Part shown: piece after piece, positions 58,801 to 64,000 of the stretch | Layout: each line of letters starts with the position of its first letter | How positions within the stretch are numbered: position 1 is the first letter of the stretch | From: Yuukianura sp. NJ FZ-2021 | Lineage: Eukaryota | Direction of reading: 5' to 3' | DNA: 64,000 nucleotides | NCBI GenBank assembly: GCA_046563655.1 | Contig: CM102290.1 | Location: 13,578,001-13,642,000 of the forward strand | Position numbers and translations under genes: made by a program | Notes under the pieces: generated by a model | The model's input: the letters and a program-made list of their open reading frames with translations, nothing else | The model's database searches: none | Told to the model about the DNA's origin: nothing

Positions 58801-60673
58801 ATTTGAAAGTTTTTTACGTTTTTCAGCAAATTGTCTCAAGCCATTTTCAAAATTTTGCAAATTCGGTTCTAGTTAGTAAAAATTTCACATACTCAGCACG
58901 TTCAAATTTAAATTGGAGTCCTGGAATCACTCCAACATTTAATTTCGTTAAATTTGGAAACACTTTTTTATAGACACGCCGTTTTGCAAAGGTGGCAAAA
59001 TCAAAATTAGGCAAGAAGTGTGTCGAATGGACCCAGAGAAAGAGGAAATGAGTAGAAGCCATAATCATGAGAAGAAGTGGCTTGTACAATTAGGTTTCCT
59101 CACGTAGTTGGGTCGGCATCAGATTAAAAAGTTTTATGGCCTGTTAGCCCATATAACTACGTTCATAGCGTCAACCCAAAACTCGTGTGAAGAAAGTACA
59201 ATAAAATTTCGGGAGAAATTAGACTTTGTGCCGAGAAAGAAATTTATTTCTCTGGTCTGTGATCCTGTCCCAGACTTCAACATCCTACAGTATGGAGGGG
59301 GAAAATGGGCCATCAACGGGTATTAACGTGTCTCTCATCCTATCTTCTCTAGCTGAGTGTTCCAAAGACTCAAATTACGGCAAATGAGGTCTTAAGAAGT
59401 TAGAAAGCAGTAAAAAGTGAGGAGTGTCTCTACTTTGATTACAGTCTAACTAAAAACTTTCAAAACTCCAAAAGTCTGTATGCACAAAATCAAAAATTCT
59501 GAAAAAGTTTGGAAATTTTTTAAAGATTTTAAGTTTTTAAAGGCGGGAAAACTCGTATTGTTTGAAGAAAAATGTCGGACACTTATCATTTAGAGGTAAA
59601 TGGAAAAAGCGTTTTTCCAAGAAAACATTTTGTTTGGCCGAACTTACTTTTCTAGTCTCCCGGCCTTTCCCTAGACGAAGAAAATCAATAGTAGGAACAT
59701 TTCAGAAAATACAACGTTTCACATAGTGTTCAGAACCATTGCTTTCTCCAGCTAAGGTGCTTTCTCTGAAGCTTTTATTTTGGACACATGAGTTGGAAAC
59801 TAAAATTTGAACTAGCGGAACTCTCTAAGTTGAGCAAAGATTAAATAAGCCGTTGTAAACGCCTTAAGGAAGTAGCGAAATGAACATAAAAGCATTGTGC
59901 CAGGTACGTGTGATGCATATCTGCAAAGCAGTAGGTGAAAGTAATAAAGTTAAGTTCACCTTCCAAAAGTTGTTTATCATAATGTAATTAGCAAATTTTG
60001 TCGAGGTCATTTTTTTCGATTTCTGTGAAAAAAAATACTTCACCTTGACCTTTGACCCGGAAGCTGTTCTCTTTCGGTCAAACCGGAAACTGATTAATCA
60101 CACCCAGATGATTAGGAATCGATATGTGTGTGCAGAAATTAAAAATCACTTCAGTGCTTCCAGAGTTATCGTGGCCGGTAGACAGACGGACTGACAGACA
60201 GACAGACAGAAACGGGAAAAACATAAAGGAACGAATACTTTCCTTACTTGATAAAGAAATATTAGACGCTGGGTTTAGAATCTAGCACCTCCTTTAAACG
60301 TGAATAGTGGAAGAGATGGTAGTGAAAGGAAATCTAGAGAATGACTTTGAGAGTCTATAAAATCAAGAGTTTATGACGAATTTTACACCCATTCCTCTGC
60401 TTTAACAACGGAAATCACAACTTAACTATAAACTATTGACTCAACTTAAAACTTTTTGGTCGAGTGTCATCATCAAATCCGTCCAAAGATATCATAACTC
60501 TGGATTTTGGTGAAAGTAGGTGAAAGATTTGTGTAACTCATGTTCACTTTTCTGTTTTGCAGCAAATTGATTTGAACCAAGACGGCGTCGTAACAATTGA
60601 GGAGCTCGTTGAGTGGTGTTCCAGAGACGAACGGATTCTTCAGTCACTGGAGATGCTGGATACGGTCTTGTGA
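46835..60673 (+). CDS. KChIP: Kv channel-interacting protein (KChIP/calsenilin-type neuronal calcium sensor)
   Basis: Core exons about 56393-56517, 56847-56917, 57107-57177, 57258-57470, 60563-60673: [95 protein letters not shown]. Proposed first coding exon 46820/46835-46982 (MYSVVSHL...DITS, phase-1 donor compatible). The core is secure; the N-terminal exon is less so. Confidence 0.9.
51076..51340. mobile_element. P-superfamily-like MITE, copy 5
   Basis: caatgtttgttga ... gttgtcaaggaaccttg; near-TSD ctaaatat/ctaaaata; colinear with 35065-35332. Confidence 0.85.
53183..53460. mobile_element. P-superfamily-like MITE, copy 6 (divergent interior)
   Basis: caaggttg ... caaccttg with subterminal taacaggttatgccataa / ttatggtataacctgtta inverted repeats. 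Confidence 0.75.
53514..53544 (+). mobile_element. Possible Helitron 3' end
   Basis: Imperfect GC-rich hairpin ccgcgtagct-gaaa-agcagcgg followed 3 nt later by CTAG|T; 5' end not identified. Confidence 0.4.
54782..54942. mobile_element. TA-flanked MITE related to the CCGTA-terminus group
   Basis: ta|ccctaaatccttgcatatacctcgca ... tgcggcgtatacgcgaggatttaagg|ta. Confidence 0.7.
55930..56130. mobile_element. TA-flanked MITE family A
   Basis: ta|cagtagagcctctcattacgcaac ... gttgtacaatgagaggttctactg|ta. Confidence 0.88.
57569..57786. mobile_element. TA-flanked MITE family A, opposite orientation
   Basis: ta|cagtagaactcctcgttg ... agccaatcagaacacgttgcgcaacgagaggttcgactg|ta. Confidence 0.85.
60040..60250. 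mobile_element. Helentron/DINE-1-like non-autonomous remnant with (GACA)n microsatellite
   Basis: accttgacctttgaccc motif, ttccagagttatcgtg followed by gacagacggactgacagacagacagacaga. Layout resembles HINE/DINE-1-type elements; termini not resolved. Confidence 0.45.
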
Positions 60674-61509
60674 TTCGGTTGTGAAGGAACAAGAGAGGAT
60701 GCAGACGCTATTATTTTCTCTACGGGAGATGCCAAACGGAACTTCCAAGGATTCCAGGATCCACAAACTCCCAAACTCCTCGGTTTCCTACTCAAAAATC
60801 TGAAATTCAAGCTCTCTTCTCCTTTAGTCGCTGAGTTTCCCATGTCAACTTGAACGCCAAACTTCCATTCCAATTCTAAAGTGTCACAAGTAGGATTCCA
60901 ATTTAACTCTCTGAGAAAGAAGGTCTCCAATATTTTATAGCCCAAACTTCTCCTCTTGAAAACTAAAAAGTTAACCTGTCTACCCTTTGCTCATAGGAAA
61001 TAAGGAAAGTGTCGCAGTATTTTAAAATTTGTTCTCAGCTAGTAATAGAATGGAATTGGAAGGGAATTCAAATCCCAGAATTCAGTCTATGGTTTGCTAA
61101 ATTTGAAAATTCGCTGTTATTGACACTTTAAAACTTTTATTATCCCTCTTTCCTAGGCACTTTAGGAAAAAGTAATTATTCACACATTGTAAACTAACCT
61201 ATTTAAAAAGTTGTCACGTTCAAAGTTCTCTCTACGAATTTACTCTAGAAATTGTATGTAGTCTTGCAAATTTTATTACCCTCGGTTCAGGAAATTGAAA
61301 AGAAAGACAAATTGGATCATAATTTGCAAATGTCACAAGGACAAAACTATAAATTAGTCGCCTAGAAACTACAAAAAAAAAACATTTTGAGGGCAAATTT
61401 TGTAACTTTGGTTCTACTAATAATCATGCAGTAAAATTTATTCTTTCGAATACGCAATACATGGTACACTCGAAGGTCAAAACGAGAAAACTTGTGAATT
61501 ATTTTAGGT

Positions 61510-62700
61510 TGAAAGTTTTTCGCGACGCGGTTAGCTTTCCATCGCTTTCCGTTCTTGAGATACAAATTTTCACAATTTCATTTTGATTTTCAAAAACTTT
61601 CAAAATTCATAACTCGGGAACGGAAAGCGATAGAAAGGTAAACTCTTCGCCCCTGAATTCACAAAAATATATAGTATTTTTAGAAAATATAAAAAGGTAC
61701 CCTCAGATTTTGACGAAATTTCGAAAAAATCCATGGACTATAGTCCATTGTTTTTATCAAAATTTGACGAAAAACTTGATGTTCGATTTTGGAGTTTTCA
61801 GAATTTCTAAAAATTCTTCATATTTTTTGAAAGTTTCTCGCGAAGAGATTAGGTCTCTATCGCTTTCCGTTCACGAGATATAAAATTTCAAAATTTCATT
61901 ATAATTTTAAAAAACTTTCAAAATTCATAACTCGGGAACGGAAAGCGATAGAAAGGTAAACTCTTCACCCCTGAATTCACAAAAATATATAGTATTTTTA
62001 GAAAATATAAAAAGGTACCCTCAGATTTTGACGAAATTTCGAAAAAATCCATGGACTATAGTCCATGGTTTTTTTCAAAATTTGACGAAAAACTTGATGT
62101 TCGATTTTGGAGTTTTCAGAATTTCTAAAAATTCTTCATATTTTTTGAAAGTTTCTCGCGAAGAGATTGGGTCTCTATCGCTTTCCGTTCACGAGATATA
62201 AAATTTCAAAATTTCATTATAATTTTAAAAAACTTTCAAAATTCATAACTCGGGAACGGAAAGCGATAGAAAGGTAAACTCTTCACCCCTGAATTCACAA
62301 AAATATATAGTATTTTTAGAAAATATAAAAAGGTACCCTCAGATTTTGACGAAATTTCGAAAAAATCCATGGACTATAGTCCATGGTTTTTTTCAAAATT
62401 TGACGAAAAACTTGATGTTCGATTTTGGAGTTTTCAGAATTTCTAAAAATTCTTCATATTTTTTGAAAGTTTCTCGCGAAGAGATTAGGTCTCTATCGCT
62501 TTCCGTTCACGAGATATAAAATTTCAAAATTTCATTATAATTTTAAAAAACTTTCAAAATTCATAACTCGGGAAAGGAAAGCGATAGAAAGGTAAACTCT
62601 TCGCCCCTGAATTCACAAAAATATATACTATTTTTAGAAAATATAAAAAGGTACCCTCAGATTTTGACGAAATTTTGAAAAACCTCAGATTTTGACTAAA
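61510..62700. repeat. 318-bp tandem array (about 3.6 units) with internal palindromes
   Basis: caaaattcataactcggga starts at 61601, 61919, 62237 and 62555 (exact 318-bp period); units nearly identical. Confidence 0.95.
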
Positions 62701-64000
62701 TATTGAATAAAACAGCATATTTTGTTTTTTAAATTTAAAACCGACAAATGTATTGCCTCTTCTGAAAATCCGACGAAATGTTGCAGATCAACGATGGTTC
62801 ACAGCGAATAAAATATAGTGCCATCTTTACCAGAAACAATAACATTAACTCACAAATTCTGAATCAACTCATCCTTCATTTATTCTCTTACTTTCCGAAT
62901 TAAATTACATCAATAATAATTTTGGAATACATAATTTGTCTTTTGGAGCAAAATTATGTGGACTCTGAAAATTATAGTTACGAATAAATATAGCAAAAGT
63001 ACAGACGGTTTTCTTAAGTTGCACTAAAAAGCGAAACGGAAAAGGACAAAATAGTACAAAGGCCAATGAAGTTGCACATAAAATAACTCAACCTTCAGTA
63101 AATCCACCAATTAACTTAATTAGGGGGTTGTGATGCTGGGGGGAAAAGAGGGGGATTTGGTGAAATTGAGTTGTTTCAGCAAGTGTCAATAGCCTTGACC
63201 TTTGTGGAGGTGGCTACTAGCTTACACATTAATTTATTTCTATAGGTGTGTATTAATCCTAATATCAATTTCCCATAACTGCCTAAGCATTATGAGTAGT
63301 ATGGCCTAATTTAAGCCCAACACTTAATTATTGGAGGTTTAACCATTATGAGCTTTCTAGTTATCTATCGCTTTTGAGGAATATTAACATTTTGCCGTGA
63401 ATTACGTCACGTGACAAACCACAGCACAGGTTCTCTCACGCAATTAAATATTTAAATTTAGCGGATACCAATTACTCTGTAATATATATTATCTGTAACC
63501 TTACCATGCACACTTAACCACACTGTATAATTACAAAAGCTATGTTTCTCGGTACATATTTTTATAAGTTATACACCACAACACCGAATTAGTAGTACAA
63601 AGGATGCTTCACAACAACTTAACAGAACAAGATCTTTCAAGGGATTATTCTGACAGATCCAAGTTCAGTTTAAGGATTCCGTGCATCCAAGAGACGAGTT
63701 CTGCAGTTTGGATATTTTGAGGATAGTGTCGTCAGTTGCCTCTTGTGATTCTACTGCCACAAAACAGTACTTTTTCTTAGTCAACAGTTGTAACAATTCT
63801 TATTTTCATTCTAATTTACACTTAAATCTACCCTTATTCTAAACACATTCTGAAGCTGAGCGTATATCTCAACAGTTTTCGGGAAACAAGCTTTTCTTTT
63901 CTGCTTATTCCTAGCCTAACTCTTAACTTAACATTGTTTTCTCAGGTTTATTAGGCAACACATGGATTTCTAACGCTAAGATTCTAACATGTCAAACTGA

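Noticed and set aside
58626..59728. Transib-like CACTGTG...CATAGTG ends
   Set aside because: No matching 5-bp TSD and no extended TIR or transposase remnant.
61510..62700. Palindromic repeats at regular spacing as a CRISPR-like array
   Set aside because: The sequence between palindromes is nearly identical from unit to unit, so it is a tandem satellite.

Overview
Eukaryotic DNA: AT-rich, gene-dense, with short GT-AG introns. Gene content (peritrophin-A chitin-binding protein, DM4/DM12-like protein) suggests an arthropod; this is inference and I cannot name the species. I reconstructed ten spliced protein-coding genes by hand: AK3, MAGI, a ceramide kinase-like gene, ATP5MK/DAPIT, FAHD2, a nucleoplasmin-like gene (-), a six-module chitin-binding protein (-), SMIM8, an uncharacterised DM4/DM12-like gene, and a KChIP/calsenilin-type calcium sensor spanning about 19 kb. 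ATP5MK and SMIM8 are absent from the ORF track. Introns and intergenic DNA hold several non-autonomous DNA-transposon families: TA-flanked pogo/Tc1-mariner-like MITEs, P-like MITEs and hAT-like elements with 8-bp TSDs (including a 2.57-kb nested composite), and Helitron/Helentron-like remnants. A 318-bp palindrome-containing tandem array lies near the right end. I found no transposase, CRISPR array, tRNA or rRNA. Best leads: (1) a KChIP upstream exon that is in frame with the main ORF except for one UGA-C codon; (2) a chitin-binding protein with convertase-like sites between modules and a fused domain junction; (3) a possible shared 5' exon for AK3 and MAGI; (4) the composite hAT-like element. 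None is proven, and I do not see a clearly demonstrable new system. Exon coordinates are hand-derived and may be off by a few bases.
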